The notes under the pieces: generated by a model
What the model was told of the DNA's origin: nothing
What the model saw: the letters and a program-made list of their open reading frames with translations, nothing else
Databases searched by the model: none
Part shown: one piece after another, positions 41,321-55,138 of the stretch
Layout: each line of letters starts with the position of its first letter
How positions within the stretch are numbered: the first letter of the stretch is position 1
Made by a program: the position numbers and the translations under genes
Assembly (NCBI GenBank): GCA_964016885.1
Contig: OZ024741.1
Location: forward strand, 285,448,001 to 285,512,000
DNA length: 64,000 nt
Source of the DNA: Eledone cirrhosa
Taxonomy: Eukaryota
Direction: 5' to 3'

Positions 41321-42375
41321 ATATCCGACGAAATAGATTTAATTAAATTAAATTAAAGGAGCCATGTCCTAGACATGCGCCATATCCACTGTCGAATAAA
41401 CTCAAATATTCCAATGAATAGATCCGAGCATTTTATATCAACTAGAAATTGATTGACATATATATATATATATTTAAAATAAACACATGAAACAATCACA
41501 GGGGATAATTTGTAAAGTGTGTAATCACACACAGCTAGGAAGGTAACTAATTAAAGTTTAACTAGATCTTCAAATATTACCTTTTAAAAAAAGATTAATC
41601 CTCCTTGTATATATTTCATTAAAGAGATATATTTCACTAAAAATTCGTAAATCACAGTAGTTAAATTTTAGATCATCAGCAAGGAGGAAGAAATAACAGT
41701 CTGTGTTTACGCATCGAATACAAATCTAGCGTGCTCCCATTGGCGTGACTACTAACAACATGGGAGGACGCTAGCATGTTGTTAGTACTTTTAGAATTGC
41801 AGCACGTGCGACGGGTCACTCGCAGATTTGTATTCGATGCGTAAACACAGACAGTTATTTCTTTCTCCTTGCTGATGATCTATTATTTAACTACTGTGAC
41901 TTTACGGATTTTTAGTGAAATATATCTCTTTAATGAAATATATACAAAGAGGATTAATCTTTTTTTTTAAAGTAATATTTGAAGATCTAAACTTTAATTA
42001 GTTACCTACCTAGCTGTGTGTGATTACACACTTTACAAATTATCCCCTGTGATTGGTTCATGTGTTTATTTTAAATATATATATATGTCAATCAATTTCT
42101 AGTTGATATAAAATGGTCGGATCTATTCATTGGAATGTTTGAGCTTATTCTACAGTGGATATGGCGCATGTCTCGGACATGAATCCTTTAATTTAATTTA
42201 ATTTAATTTAATTAAATCTATTTCGGATATATAAACGGCTCCTTATCTGTAGAGCTAAATCGGTTGAAAGGACTTGGCTGCTATTTACACACTTTACAAA
42301 TTATCCCTTGTGATTGTTTCATGTGTTTATTTTAAATATATATATATATATATGTCAATAAATTTCTAGTTGATA
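41321..42375. mobile_element. Non-coding HHR fold-back element with ~400-bp arms
   Basis: Arms ~41321-41727 and ~41824-42230, then a tail and a partial re-duplication at 42285-42375. (TA)n on both sides. Confidence 0.9.
41601..41686 (-). ncRNA. Full type I hammerhead ribozyme, with an inverted copy at 41865-41951(+)
   Basis: ctccttg-CTGATGA-t-ctaaaattt..aatttttag-t-GAA-atatat..atatat-A-caaggag. 7-bp stem I and 6-bp stem III. Confidence 0.85.
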
Positions 42376-42404
42376 TATATATATATATATATAAGTCTAA
42401 AGTC

Positions 42405-42675
42405 TGTCTTAAGCCAGAATGTTCATTTGGCCGGTGCTTATACCGGTTTCATGGCGTGAAGCGACTGAGAGTATAAGGCTCACCCCTGGACAGGACGCCA
42501 GTCCATGGCAGAGTTAAACCCCTAGCTATTGCTGGTATTCATTTTCAGCTGAATATACTGGAGCAACGTGAAATGAGAGGGTTTTGCTCAAGAACATAAC
42601 ACGCAACCCAGTAATCGAACCCACGACATATTGATTGTAAGTCCAACACCCTTACCACTAGGCCACGTGCCTCCA

Positions 42676-42680
<5 letters not shown>
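42405..42680 (-). mobile_element. Second tRNA-derived SINE family (V-domain-like)
   Basis: A box tggcctagtgg, B box ggttcgatt, ttgagcaaaac..tttcacgttgctcc and atggactggcgtcctgtccaggg. Related pieces at 61835-61950 and 63690-63735. Confidence 0.75.
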
Positions 42681-42764
<84 letters not shown>

Positions 42765-43106
42765 GACATATATATATATATATTTATTAAAATAACAGAT
42801 TAAAGTTTAAGCAAAGAATCGTTGCTTTCACCCTTAACGGGATCTTCTGAAACTAAAAAAGTCAATCTGTGAACGCAGAAGAAAATATTTCAAAAACGTT
42901 GCAACCGGAGGAAGACAGAAAGACGATACTTTGGTTCGTGGAAACGTTCCCTGGCAAAGAACGGAAACAAACGAAAATAATACATCATTATTTGGAGCGG
43001 TGAATATATTTATCCTTATCGAGCCCTCTTTGGATTTTAGTCTTCAAATTTATTATTATTACTATTTGGCTCCCTCGGCTGAGCACTCTATTGACTTATA
43101 TTTATC

Positions 43107-45245
43107 ATGCAGAAACAACATCTGCATATTTCTACAAAGAACATGCCCGTACCAAGCAGGAAAACATACCTAAAACTCCTGATTCAGAAAACAGACGCGT
43201 TCATTAAAAGGTTGCGTTGGCGTGCCTTTTATTTCGATAATCAGGGAAAAGCAGACAACAAACAGGATAAATTTGGGTTTAAAATCTATAATAACCCTCC
43301 GAGTAATCCAGCATTGCTACCCTTCGAAAATGATGTCTGGGAACTCATACGGAGTATCAAATTTCGGAATAGGAGCAATTCCTTCCAGCAGGACCTGAAG
43401 AATAGAATTCGTTCTATTAAGGATTCTAATACCGTGAACGTCCATTCCGACAAAACTGGCTATCTATATCAAGTGGAGCGCAGTACTTACCATCAACTGC
43501 TACATAATGATGTAACTAAGGATTACCGTAAAACTAATCGGAGCGTCATTAATGAAATCAACGATGCTGGGTTTAAAATCACCTCTAATCTCAACATCCT
43601 GGACCGGACTGAATCTCTGGACCCTATTTCTCCCCACTTTACCCTGAAGGATCACAAATCCAATTTCCCGAACAACCCCTCTATTCGGCTTATTAACCCT
43701 ACGAAGTCCGATTTAGGTAGACTTAGCAAAAGGATTTTAGATAGAATTATACCTGAAATTAGAAGTTTTGCCCCTCTTGCACTGTGGAACAATTCTTTCG
43801 CGGTGAGTGATTGGTTCAACGGCATATGCAACAAGGAAAATTGCCGTTTTATCCAATTCGACATCAATAATTACTACTCCTCCATCAATTAACACTTCTT
43901 AGAGCTATCGATTTCGCTAAAACACTCACAGCGGTTAAGGATATCGAAGTTGATGTCATCCTCAATGCTCGTAAGTCGGTCATTAATTTCGACGACTCTA
44001 TTTGGATTAAAAAATATAATAGTACCCCATTCGACGTGAGTATGGGCGCCAGCGATTCTGCGGAGGTTACTGATCTTATCGGCCTTTTCCTTCTTTTCTC
44101 TATCAAGGAAGAATTCCCCAACGTGGGCGGTGGTTTGTACCGTGATGATGGTCTTTTGACCATGACAAAGCGCGGCCCTCGTACTTGCGACAGGTTCAGA
44201 AAAGAACTCACAGCCTTCTTTAAAGGCTTCAACCTCTCCATACAGGTTGAGGCCAACCTCTCGGTCGTTAATTACCTCGACGTTTCCCTCAATTTGTTGA
44301 ATGGCTTACACTACCCGTATAGAAAGACGAATGGTACGCTTAATTACATAATTAAGCATACTAACCATCCTGCCAGCTTAACAAAGAATCTGGTAAGAAA
44401 CGTTTCTTTGAGGCTTTCCCGTCTATCTACTAACCAGCATATTTTCAACGACCATTCCACATATTACAATGAAGCTCTTGCTCGGAGTGGATTTGTCGAT
44501 AAGGCAGCATATACAGAGTACGATAATACACCTAGGAAAAATTGATCTCGACGCAGTATATGGTATAACCCACCATATAATATGAAGGTGGCCACACCAT
44601 TAGCTAAGATCTTTCTCTCCCTTATTATGAAGCATTTCCCCCCCCCCCCCCCCCAGCACATAAATATAGTAACATTTTTAATAGAAATACCATTAAAATT
44701 TCTTACTCTACGACTCCTAACCTTGCACATAACATCACAGCTTCAAATTTAGCTAAACTACCTAGCCGTAGGAACACGTGCAACCCTGTAGCTAGTACTA
44801 ACTGTAATTGTAGGAATCGGGTTGACTGCCCCCTATCCGGGAAATGCCTCTCTAGTAACATTGTCTACAAATGTAAGGTTGAAACACCCACGTCACGTAG
44901 GGCCTACATAATGTTAACCGCCAATAGATTCAAGCAGCGTCTTTACATGCATACCCATTCTTTTCTCAACCCTTTAAGAAGGAATATGACGTCACTTTCA
45001 ACTTATATCTGGAGTCTAAATGACAACTACACCCAATATAAGTTACACTGGGAGATCCTAGCTTAGGCTAGATCGTATAACGGAAATAAAAGACCATGTG
45101 ACCTCTGTGCCGCTGAGGCCCTGGAAATACTCTACGCCAAAGACAACATCTTAAACAAAAAAAACCTGAGGCAATTTCGGCTTGTAAACATAAATTGCAC
45201 AAAACTTTCCTGTATTACAGCCCCACATTATACCCTAACGGATAG
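43107..45245 (+). pseudogene. PLE RT plus GIY-YIG ORF with a few frameshifts and stops
   Basis: STKNMPVPS..RLRWRA, SDKT, RLINP, QFDINNYYSSI, VSMGASDSAE, GLYRDDG, NYLDV, TNHP, NCNCRNRVDCPLSGKC, IVYKC and CDLC motifs. Confidence 0.92.
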
Positions 45246-45414
45246 TACAAACTATACGCGGATATTTTACGTCTTGATGTGGTAGCTAAGTATATCTTAT
45301 GTTTATACCATTACTTACAGCAGTTTTGTTGCACAAATTCTGAAATATATCCCACAAGGCATGCATATATAATAAAAAAACAACACAATTTTGTAAGTCT
45401 GATCTCTCAAAAGT

Positions 45415-45490
<76 letters not shown>

Positions 45491-46441
45491 CTATTTGTAT
45501 AGGTAAGTATATATTACCTGTATGTTTTGTGAGGGTACGTATCTTTCTCGTACGTATATTTGCTTGTATATGTTATGGCGTATATATTTTATATTCTGGT
45601 ACATATGCATTTGGTTATGTGTATACGCGAGTTTTGCGTCGGTGTGAGTATGCGGGTTCGTACGTATGTTGGGTGTGTTTATATGTGTACTTTGTGTTTT
45701 GGTCGACGTATGTCTGCGAACATATGTGTATTTACATGCAGGTATGTTTGTGCGCGCGTTATATACGTATTTATTTATTTATTTATATACGTTTACTTAA
45801 TTATATGTATACACGCACGCACACACACACATATAAATATATTTTTTTAATATATATTTTTATGTGTATTTGGTGTATACGTTCGTATGTGCGCGGGTAC
45901 AGGCGTTGCGTGGGTTTTGTATGTGCGTGCGGATTTTTTTGTGTCCGTGCTTGTATTTATATACCTATGGCGAGTGTTTTCGCGTATGCTTGTGTATATA
46001 GGTATATGGATGCGTGTATCTATTTATTTAATTTCAATTACCTCTGTATTTTATTTAATTTATTTACTCTGAAGCCGAGAATTATTCGGTTTCCTAGTTA
46101 GAATTTTAGTCTACGACTTCAGTTATACCATTTGCGTGCACTTGTTCTCACCGCTCCACACAATGACGTCTTATCTTCGTTTTTTTCCGTTCATTGCCTG
46201 AGAACGTCTCCATGAACCACCTAATAAAATATTAGTCTACGACTTCATTTATACCATAAACGTGGTTTTGTCTTTGCGTGTAATTGTTTTTCACGGCTCG
46301 AAATAATAACGTATTATCTTCGTTTTTTTTCCGTTCTTTGCCAGCGAACGTTTCAACGAACCAAAGTATCGTCTTCCTGTCTCCCTCCGGTTGCAACGTG
46401 TTTTGAAATATTTACTTCTGCGTTCACAGATTGACATTTTT

Positions 46442-46492
46442 AGTTTCAGAAGATCCCGTTAAGGGTGAAAGCAGCGATTCTTTGCTTAAACT
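46442..46492 (+). ncRNA. Hammerhead motif (U4A variant) of the PLE4 family, six copies in the window
   Basis: agttt-CAGAAGA-tccc-gttaa-gggt-GAA-agca-gcgattctt-tgct-T-aaact. Other copies at 25767(-), 26264(+), 42804(-), 62323(-) and 62377(+). Confidence 0.7.
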
Positions 46493-46599
46493 TTAATCTG
46501 TTATTTTAATAAATATTTGCTCTACGGTTCTTATATATTTGATATATATTTATCCTTATCGAGCCCTCTTTGGATTTTAGTCTTCAAATTTATTATTAT

Positions 46600-46645
<46 letters not shown>

Positions 46646-46704
46646 TTAAGGATAATATTTATGGTTATGTATATACTAAAACTTTTTATAGTTATATATA
46701 TTTT

Positions 46705-46800
46705 AAGCCCTAAACAGTGAAAGACAGTAATTTATTACTACCTTATTACTAGTAAGATAAATAGCTCAATGCAATAACATCAGTTGTTCTACAGAGCAGT
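46705..46800 (-). mobile_element. Diverged terminal fragment related to the PLE1 pLTR
   Basis: Reverse-complement similarity to 12989-13075. Confidence 0.6.
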
Positions 46801-46816
46801 TATATAGAATATATAT

Positions 46817-46880
<64 letters not shown>

Positions 46881-47643
46881 GAGGAGGAAAACATACGGGG
46901 TGAATGTAATGGATTCCACGAGAAATCAAACTACATGGCAGTCTTGGCTTGCCAGAAGATTATCCACTAGCTAAACGATGCACAGCAACCAATTCAAACG
47001 AGTTCTCTGTTAAAGTCAAATTAAAAACTGAATTCCTTCAAGAATTATATGAGTAGAATGTGGCAAGTCATCATTTTATGAAAGCAGAACATATAAACAA
47101 ATATGGAAGATGCTTGGCGCCATGTATCAACGAAACACTCAATGGAATTATGGGAATATTTTGAAAGGTTTATTTAAAGCAAAACTATTTCAATGCTGGA
47201 CACTATATATCAAGTATACGTCATGGTTTTAAGCCAGTTGAATGGCAAAACATGAATTGGCTGCTTAATTACGTTCAATGCACGATATAGTTTGCAAATA
47301 TCTTTTAGAAAAGTAAAACATTGATAAGTTGTTTTTCCTATTTCTTTTCATAGTTTATATTTTGTAGTAGGTAACAGCATATGGCCATAACACTTCTAAT
47401 GCAGAAAGCAGCGTTTTCCTACCAACTATTACTCTTCGATTAGTAATTCTGTCTAAAATTGCCGCAAGATCAGCTATTTTGAGGATTGTCGATCTTATCA
47501 ACTTCAGTACTTAACGGGTACTCTATTTTATCGACCCTGGAATGATAAAAATTAAATTTCACATCGGTGATATTGAAACCTAGAACGCAGAGAAAGTTAA
47601 AACTAAATTCCATAAAGCATTTTCTATGGCGTTCTACCGATAC

Positions 47644-47769
47644 CAGACCTGCCAACCTACAAAAAAAGTGCCCCAAAACGGGGAGAAATGAAGCAAAATA
47701 CCCATTTTCACAAGAGAAGATTTCTCTTGTGAAAATGGGTATTTTCTTCGGGGAGAGTTGACATGTCTG
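47644..47769. mobile_element. 126-bp MITE inserted in a SINE (SINE ~47505-47790, minus strand)
   Basis: Imperfect TIRs cagacctgccaac / gttgacatgtctg, flanked by a cgatac / caatac duplication. Confidence 0.6.
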
Positions 47770-48941
47770 CAATACTAACAACCCACCGTCCTATATTTCT
47801 TGGATTAATGATACTTTTCGACTAAGCAAAATGTTAGGCAATAGTTAAAACAACAGCTGAGATGAATCCTAGCATGGACACTCTATAAATATATATAAGC
47901 TACTAATCATTCCTTGTCGAGTATATGTATTTCATCTTGGAAGATTAAAAGCTGCTCAGATCGACCTCATTTCTTCAGCCCATGCAGAGATGAAAATTGT
48001 TGTGTAACTACTATGTTTACTTTTCGCAACAGGCTAAACTTGTTTATTAAAAAAGATATACTTTACATAGAGATTTATCGAGCATGGTCTTACTTGTAAG
48101 GGTTAACACAAATTAAGGTATGAAAATTAAAATACCTTATAAACTAAATGTATTTATGTATGTATTTATGTATGTATCTAAGTATGAATGTATGTGCATA
48201 TATTTGGTTGGGTGTATATAGAGCTTAGGCTTGGGTAAGGTTAAAAGGATGTGGGAGAAACATTATATTGACTAGGACACCGTTAGGTCTCCAGTCTGTT
48301 ATACAGAAGTTGTAGTAACTCGAGGCATAACGATACTATCGCTGTTAAAATGAACTGACGAACTATGATGCATTTGTTATTTGAAAACTACATGCTACAT
48401 TAATTAATTTCTAGTTCCAATGTGGATCTCAAACTCCACCTAATCAACGAAACAAAAAAAAAATGACCAGAACATGATAGAACTGTATTTACTTGTCCTA
48501 TATTCTCACTTGTATGCATGGTCCCGTAACTCCCGAGGAAGTTGTAGAGGCACCGTATTAACATACAGCATTTCTAGGGCATTTTAAAACCTGGTGGGAT
48601 TTGCGCTCAACACATATATAAATAAAGAACGAATAGCGCAAAGCATTCAAGCTGCAGTTCTAACGAATCTAACGCTCTAACACCAATTTGCTTCCTTAAA
48701 CTCTGAAATAGCTGATTGTAAATTTAAACTCTCTATCTCAACAAAGCTTTCAACAATTATGTAGTTCCACCTAATAATGTATGTATGAACTACTAACCAC
48801 CATCTAATGTATGTATGAACCACTAACTCGTAATGGAGTCGTATGGTCACCGTCGTGACATATAGCATGGCATAGACGTTCTAAACCAGGCGGAACACTA
48901 TCTCTTCACGTTTGAGCACATTGAATTTCTTCAAACGAGAG

Positions 48942-49026
<85 letters not shown>

Positions 49027-49716
49027 TAGAGAGAGAGAGAGAGAGATAGATAGAGAGAGAGAGAGAGAAAAAGTGTTCCATCTAAAACATCTTCAATTTG
49101 GCTAGATTTTCTCATCAAATGTTCAGTCTTTACCACGTATAAACCTAATATTTTTGCTTAGGTGTATATCATACGACGTTTGTTGCCAGGATGTCACTCA
49201 TATAAACTCATATGAGGTTTCCATCACGTATTTGGTTTAAAATATCTGTTCAAATTTAAACAAATTTTGAGGAAATTAAAATCGAAATGAAACTTAATAA
49301 CCGTAACACATTTATTGAAAGTAATTATTCTTGCTAGCGGGATTTAACATTTCTCATCTAAAAATGTTGTTTGACATAAGCCGTGCGGAAAGAAAATGTT
49401 TATTTTTATCAAACCTGCTTCATATGATGTGAGCCAATTGATGAAAATAATTTAGGATTGAAATAATTAAAAAAATCTCGAAGCTGATTTTGTATTTAAT
49501 TTTTCTCTTAATATTTTCTTTCCTGTATTTAAATATTAACCCTTCTCTCATATCATATAGTTTCTCCTCTTTTGTCCTTACCTCTCTCTCCTTTCCTCCG
49601 TTTTCTCTCTCTCTCTATATATATAAATATATAAATAAATAAACAAATAAATATTTATATATATATATACATATACATATATATATACATATATATATAT
49701 ACACACACATATATAC

Positions 49717-49749
<33 letters not shown>

Positions 49750-49761
49750 CATATATACACA

Positions 49762-49807
<46 letters not shown>

Positions 49808-49847
49808 AATACACACATATGTATATATATATATATATTTATACATA

Positions 49848-49899
<52 letters not shown>

Positions 49900-50066
49900 C
49901 GTTATTCCGGGTTGAATCGGAGGTAACCACAGTAAGTAAGGTACTCAATACATAGCAGAGTATAAAAGTTTTAATATAGATGAGATTCTACAGGACTAGA
50001 ACTGTTTCATTCATTAGAGATGAATGAAACAGTTCTAGTCCTGTAGAATCTCATCTATATTAAAAC
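49900..50066 (-). mobile_element. Short fold-back element with a perfect ~46-bp hairpin stem
   Basis: agttttaatatagatgagattctacaggactagaactgtttcattcat-tagag-atgaatgaaacagttctagtcctgtagaatctcatctatattaaaact, located between (TA)n tracts. Confidence 0.85.
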
Positions 50067-50086
50067 TATGTATATATATATATATA

Positions 50087-50230
<144 letters not shown>

Positions 50231-50249
50231 CATATACATATACATATGC

Positions 50250-51222
50250 CTTCAGGCGCTCGCAGCGAAAACGGCAATCAACGAAAACGGAAACCAAGCG
50301 GAAACGGCAATCAGCGGAGACTTCACTTCGACATTCTATAGGGGATTAGTGGAGGATAGGTGCGACGACGTTCTCGGGGAAACTCTAGGCATGGAGGAGG
50401 ATGAACTGACCAGTCTGTTCGGGAGGACTTTCCGTCCAGGGCTCATGGATAACTTCCAGAGGTCTCTGGCCTGGCAGTGCTACCGAGGAGCCCTACCAGT
50501 TCGAGATAAAATCTACAGGCACGGGCGCCCTGGCAGAGATCCTGCCAAAAGGACCTGTCCAAGGTGCGAGCAGGACATCGAAAACGTTCTGCACGCAACT
50601 GTTCAGTGCCCAGGGGTGACCGACCTGTGAAATTATGTCGAACAACTACTGTTACGTGTGGGACGCATCCAGTTGTCAGCCAAGTCCATCGTGAGGATCA
50701 ACCCGCCACCTTTATTTAAGAATGAAGGAGAGGCGGTTTTCCTCTGTTTGGTGGCTATGGCGAAGGAGGTAATATGGTGGACGAGGTTAAAAGGACTGAG
50801 GGCAAATACATTTCTCTCCGGACAACAACTGATCCCCTTCTTTAAGTATCACTTCCGAAGGAAGGTGAGAGTAGAGAGAGAGGTGCTACACCCCAGTAAA
50901 TTCGCTGAAAGGTGGGTGAATGTTGCAAAAATGGCCCGAGTGAATGGGCCTTCTCTGTATATAAACCTGTAGGTTGAGGAAGATAAACAGAGGGAAGACA
51001 GGAACACCTACAAAACGTGTTCCTCGTGTTGAGGATTGTTCTATCCACGGGGTGTAAAACAACGCTGCAGTAACGTTCCCCCCTATTGGGGATTTCAATT
51101 GTTATTTTATTATATATAGTTTAGTATTATTTATTAATGTTAAAGTTATTTTTATGTAAAACCCCGCCGTCACGTCTTGTAATGTCCCATTTTTGTACGC
51201 CCCTGTGGCACATAAAGAAAGA
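50250..51222 (+). mobile_element. Tx1/L1-clade LINE 3' portion
   Basis: [24 protein letters not shown]...C; near identity to 721-1218; TCTA-like tail. Confidence 0.88.
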
Positions 51223-51263
51223 TATCTATATCCATCTATCTATATATCTATCTATCTATATAA

Positions 51264-51311
<48 letters not shown>

Positions 51312-52319
51312 ATGTGTGTATAAATATATGAGAATGTGTATATAAATATCTATATATATATGCATGTTTGTGTGTATAGCTATCTGAATATATGGTTGTG
51401 ATTTTGTCTCATTTTTATTTCTCTCCCCTTTCCACCTGTTTCACTTACACTCTGTTCTAACAACTTATCATCCCTCCCCTGCCACTCGCTTCCCACCCTT
51501 GTAATGATCGAAAATGTGTTTAATTTTGAGATAGAAAACAAGAAATAAAGGGGCTTCAATTTATTCTAATGTGATTTTTAGTGATTAAATACCATATTTC
51601 ACAGCTCCTGCTGTAGGATTCTAATTATTCTGAAGCGATAACAAACCAATAACAAAACGAAATAGTATTCTAAATATTTCCAATATGCTATTTAATGGCC
51701 TCGTTGGTTAGAATGATAAATCTAAATGACCCGAAAATCTATATATATAATTAAATACTTTTATAATTTCTGAAAAGATTGATGCATACTTGATGTTTCT
51801 TTTTGTTTACTTTTGGGTTTTTCCTCATAAGTCTACTATATTTTATTTCATATTTAAAGAAAAATTAAATTTTATAAAGCACCTTTTCAAAAATGTTTTA
51901 TATTTTAGACAATATCATTCATTGTTTTAATTATTTTAAATCCACACATGATATTGTTAGGAATTTCTAATTAAAGATATTTCACTGCAGCTTATCGATA
52001 ATTGCCTACAACAACAATCGAACAAAATAAAAGTTTTCAGAAATATTTGTTCTGTTATCAGTCATAGATTTTATTCTGTGAGACACTTTTCACAAATGTT
52101 TTATAGCTAAGAAAATTATTGATTACGTTCATAAATGTACAACAGGAAAATGTTGGGGAAGCGTATAGCAAGTAATATCGAACCCTGTACATGATTGGTT
52201 CTTTATTCCCTCGACCACTGAACGATGCACATGCCACACCCACACACACACGCACACGGGCGCACACACACACAAACGCACACACACGCACCCCCCCCCC
52301 CCCCACACACACACATATA

Positions 52320-52362
<43 letters not shown>

Positions 52363-52363
52363 C

Positions 52364-52912
52364 ATTAGAATTGCTGCTCTGAAATAGCGATATATATATG
52401 AATGTATATACAGTGTATTTTGCAATACACTGTATGCTTAATTAAAAGCATTTCGAAGACCTTACGCTATTGTTTTAGAGTAGTGACAGTCTCACTTACT
52501 TTAAATTTTCAGCAAACAGGGGAGATAAAGCTGACAGAGCTCTGTTTCGTACTTTTTGGTACTTATCAAAGCTAACTATATATACATTCATATATATATC
52601 GCTATTTCAGAGCACCAATTCTAATTTTCAATTTCTGCTTGACCGGCAACCGCTCTGTATAATCAGTTCCTGATTATTACTAGAATTCTATAAGAATCAA
52701 ACATTCATGATTTTCAGCAAACAGGTGGAGTACTTAGCTTTGATAAGCACCAAAAAGTGCGAAACAGAGCTCTGTCAGCTTTATCTCCCCTGTTTGCTGA
52801 AAATTTAAAGTAAGTGAGACTGTCACTACTCTAAAACAATAGCGTAAGGTCTTCGAAATGCTTTTAATTAAGCATACAGTGTATTGCAAAATACAGTATA
52901 TATACATTAATA
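52364..52912. mobile_element. Non-coding HHR fold-back element with a ~320-nt circularly permuted unit
   Basis: 52400-52575 is the reverse complement of ~52734-52910. 52364-52398 is the reverse complement of ~52590-52625. tatacatt(c/a)atatata recurs at 52581 and 52901. Confidence 0.88.
52736..52780 (+). ncRNA. Hammerhead ribozyme with U3-A8 core covariant, with an inverted copy at 52529-52573(-)
   Basis: agct-TTGATAA-gcac-caaaaa-gtgc-GAA-acagagctctgt-C-agct. GUC cleavage triplet, and stem II covaries (gtac/gtac) in the other copy. Confidence 0.85.
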
Positions 52913-53211
52913 TATATATATATATGTTGTTAACAATGTATAGACTATTTACAATACATACACTCTATTTTCCCCAGTATCGTGTATTTAACTGAACATT
53001 GCCTTACTAGTTTAAATTAGTAACTCCCAATCTATCTATCTCCGGATGGTATAGACGTTCTTCACATCGGCTCCTCGAGTATTGGAGATATTACGTGTTA
53101 ACAGTAAGTGTTTGTCTGTATTCTTGGGTTATTGTGTTAATTAACCCCCTTGCCTTTTGAGCTGTAATTTTTCATCCTAAAAATCTTGTAATTGTCTCTA
53201 CGCTCGTGGTA

Positions 53212-55138
53212 ATGGAAGCGATTACCACAGGTAACGATGACACGCCCACTAAACAAACTAAAGGAGAGCGGGTAGCAGAGGCAACAAGCCTCCCTACTGA
53301 AAGATAATGATTATTAGAAACATTGAAAAAGTGGAGCCTAACCCTAATGAAAATAATGTGAAAAAAATTGACTCGGAGAAATTGCCAACATTAATGGATG
53401 CCGTTTCGACTTTTCACGGTGCCACGCCCACCAGCAAAGGTGAAAGAGAAGTAGTAGCTGTGACTACAAGTCTCTCGGATACTGAAAATATAAGTGAACA
53501 TTTTGAAAAAATTGAGTCTAACCCCAACAGGGAAAAAATGTGAACGCATACACCAACATAAATAACACAAACACAACAAAAAATGAAAATTGTAACAACA
53601 AAAAACAAGAAAAGCACATTTCGACAAATGTAAACAGAGAGGGGCGAACAAAATGACGTTCGCGCAAAGCATAAAAAAAACTATTTCGAACATGGCCCAG
53701 CAAATGGAAAATGCACGGAAGTATATAACTTTGGAGGAGATTGGTCTATTTTCTTTAAATTCTCCTCCAGAGCTAAAAAAGGAAAATAGCTTAAACACTA
53801 TTATTTATAGGACAATATCAAACAAAACCCGTAAGCCAGTACAACTCACACAGACATAGATTGAACTGGCTTTAAAAGATCATCTGAAAAACATTGTATT
53901 TATTAGGAAGGATAGACTCTACGGTAGTCTATCCATCCGAATGAAAGATAAATTGACGGCCAAAAAATATTCCCTGGCCCCAATTCTGTCCCCCTTATTT
54001 ACCTTCTTCCCCATTTATTTGGGAAGAAAAACACAAAGATTGACCATACACAGTATCGATCCAGATATTGATTTCTGGGCGGTACTGTGTGGCCTCCTCG
54101 ACTTGAAAGAGGATGCAGTAATTTCGGTAGGTAAGTCTTCCAGCAACGTGTTCGGTGGAACTACCCTGCAAGTTCTGGTGCAAATGCAGCCAGAACGAAT
54201 TGTTAGGATCCCCGACCGTATATTGCTGGATGGGCTTGCCTACTTACACATCACAGTGGAGGGTAGACGACCCGCTTGTTACCTCTGTGGTGGCAGAGGT
54301 CACCTGAGGGCTGCCTGTTCCCAAGCAAACAAAAAAACACCGATTTTGCCCACACCAACAACTACAACACTACCAACACAACCTCCACCACCACCACCAC
54401 AAAAACAACTAACACCACAAGTTAAAACACAACTGAAAACAATCCCACCCATCCCCCCACACAGAAAACAAATACAATAACACCCACACCACAAACACGA
54501 GCCGAAAATGAACCCCTCACCTCGAATACGGAAGACGACCCCCTTTCGTCGTCAGACGAGGCGGGGAAGGGGGGGGGGGCACTTTCATAAAGTTAAAAGA
54601 AAAAAAAGATAACACACCACAGGAACACAAATACAAACAACCTCTCTCCAAGACATAACATAGACATCAACACAAAAAAACACACAACAACAACAAACCA
54701 AAAACATCACTTAATAAGAAAAATATGCATACACTGACATAAATACAATAAACAAAAAACTGTTAAACGTTATTTATAATAACAACTTAATAAAAACCGA
54801 AGGTTCGAATTTCGCACAAGCAACGGGGCTTCCCCATCTAAAAATAATAAAAGCCCCAATGTACATTTACAAAACGTTAAAAGACACTTTTAAAGAGGAC
54901 GTGGGGCCACCCTACGTCAGACCCATTAACCGTGTCCTCCTAAAAAATGTCCCCCTCCCCAGACACCCACACAACTCCAAATACCCCAACCCCACCACAC
55001 ACTGATGCCCCTACACTTCCACAAACCACCACCCCACCCAACAACCCACCCCCGACCCCATGGAAATTGTGCGGCCCCGTCCCCGAGACGCAGAGAGGTA
55101 AGTCCCTTTTCTCTTTACCACCAACATGGCTGTGTTGA
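53212..55138 (+). pseudogene. LINE ORF1 (gag-like, zinc knuckle), disrupted
   Basis: ITVEGRRPACYLCGGRGHLRAAC (CX2CX4HX4C), Pro/Thr-rich linkers and several stops. Confidence 0.75.

Larger units (their letters stand above)
42783..46603 (+). mobile_element. Penelope-like element 4, near full length: inverted pLTR arm, direct pLTR tail, ORF, pLTR
   Basis: 42783-43003 is the reverse complement of ~46290-46512. 43004-43064 is a direct copy of 46544-46603. (TA)n flanks. Confidence 0.92.

Noticed and set aside
43107-45245. Selenocysteine read-through of PLE stop codons
   Set aside because: The disruptions are frameshifts and mixed stops, not TGA at conserved Cys positions.
52794-52880. Possible second tandem hammerhead (ctgaaaa...gaa-atgctt/aagcat-a)
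   Set aside because: C3.A8 mismatch, weak stem I and no convincing stem II.
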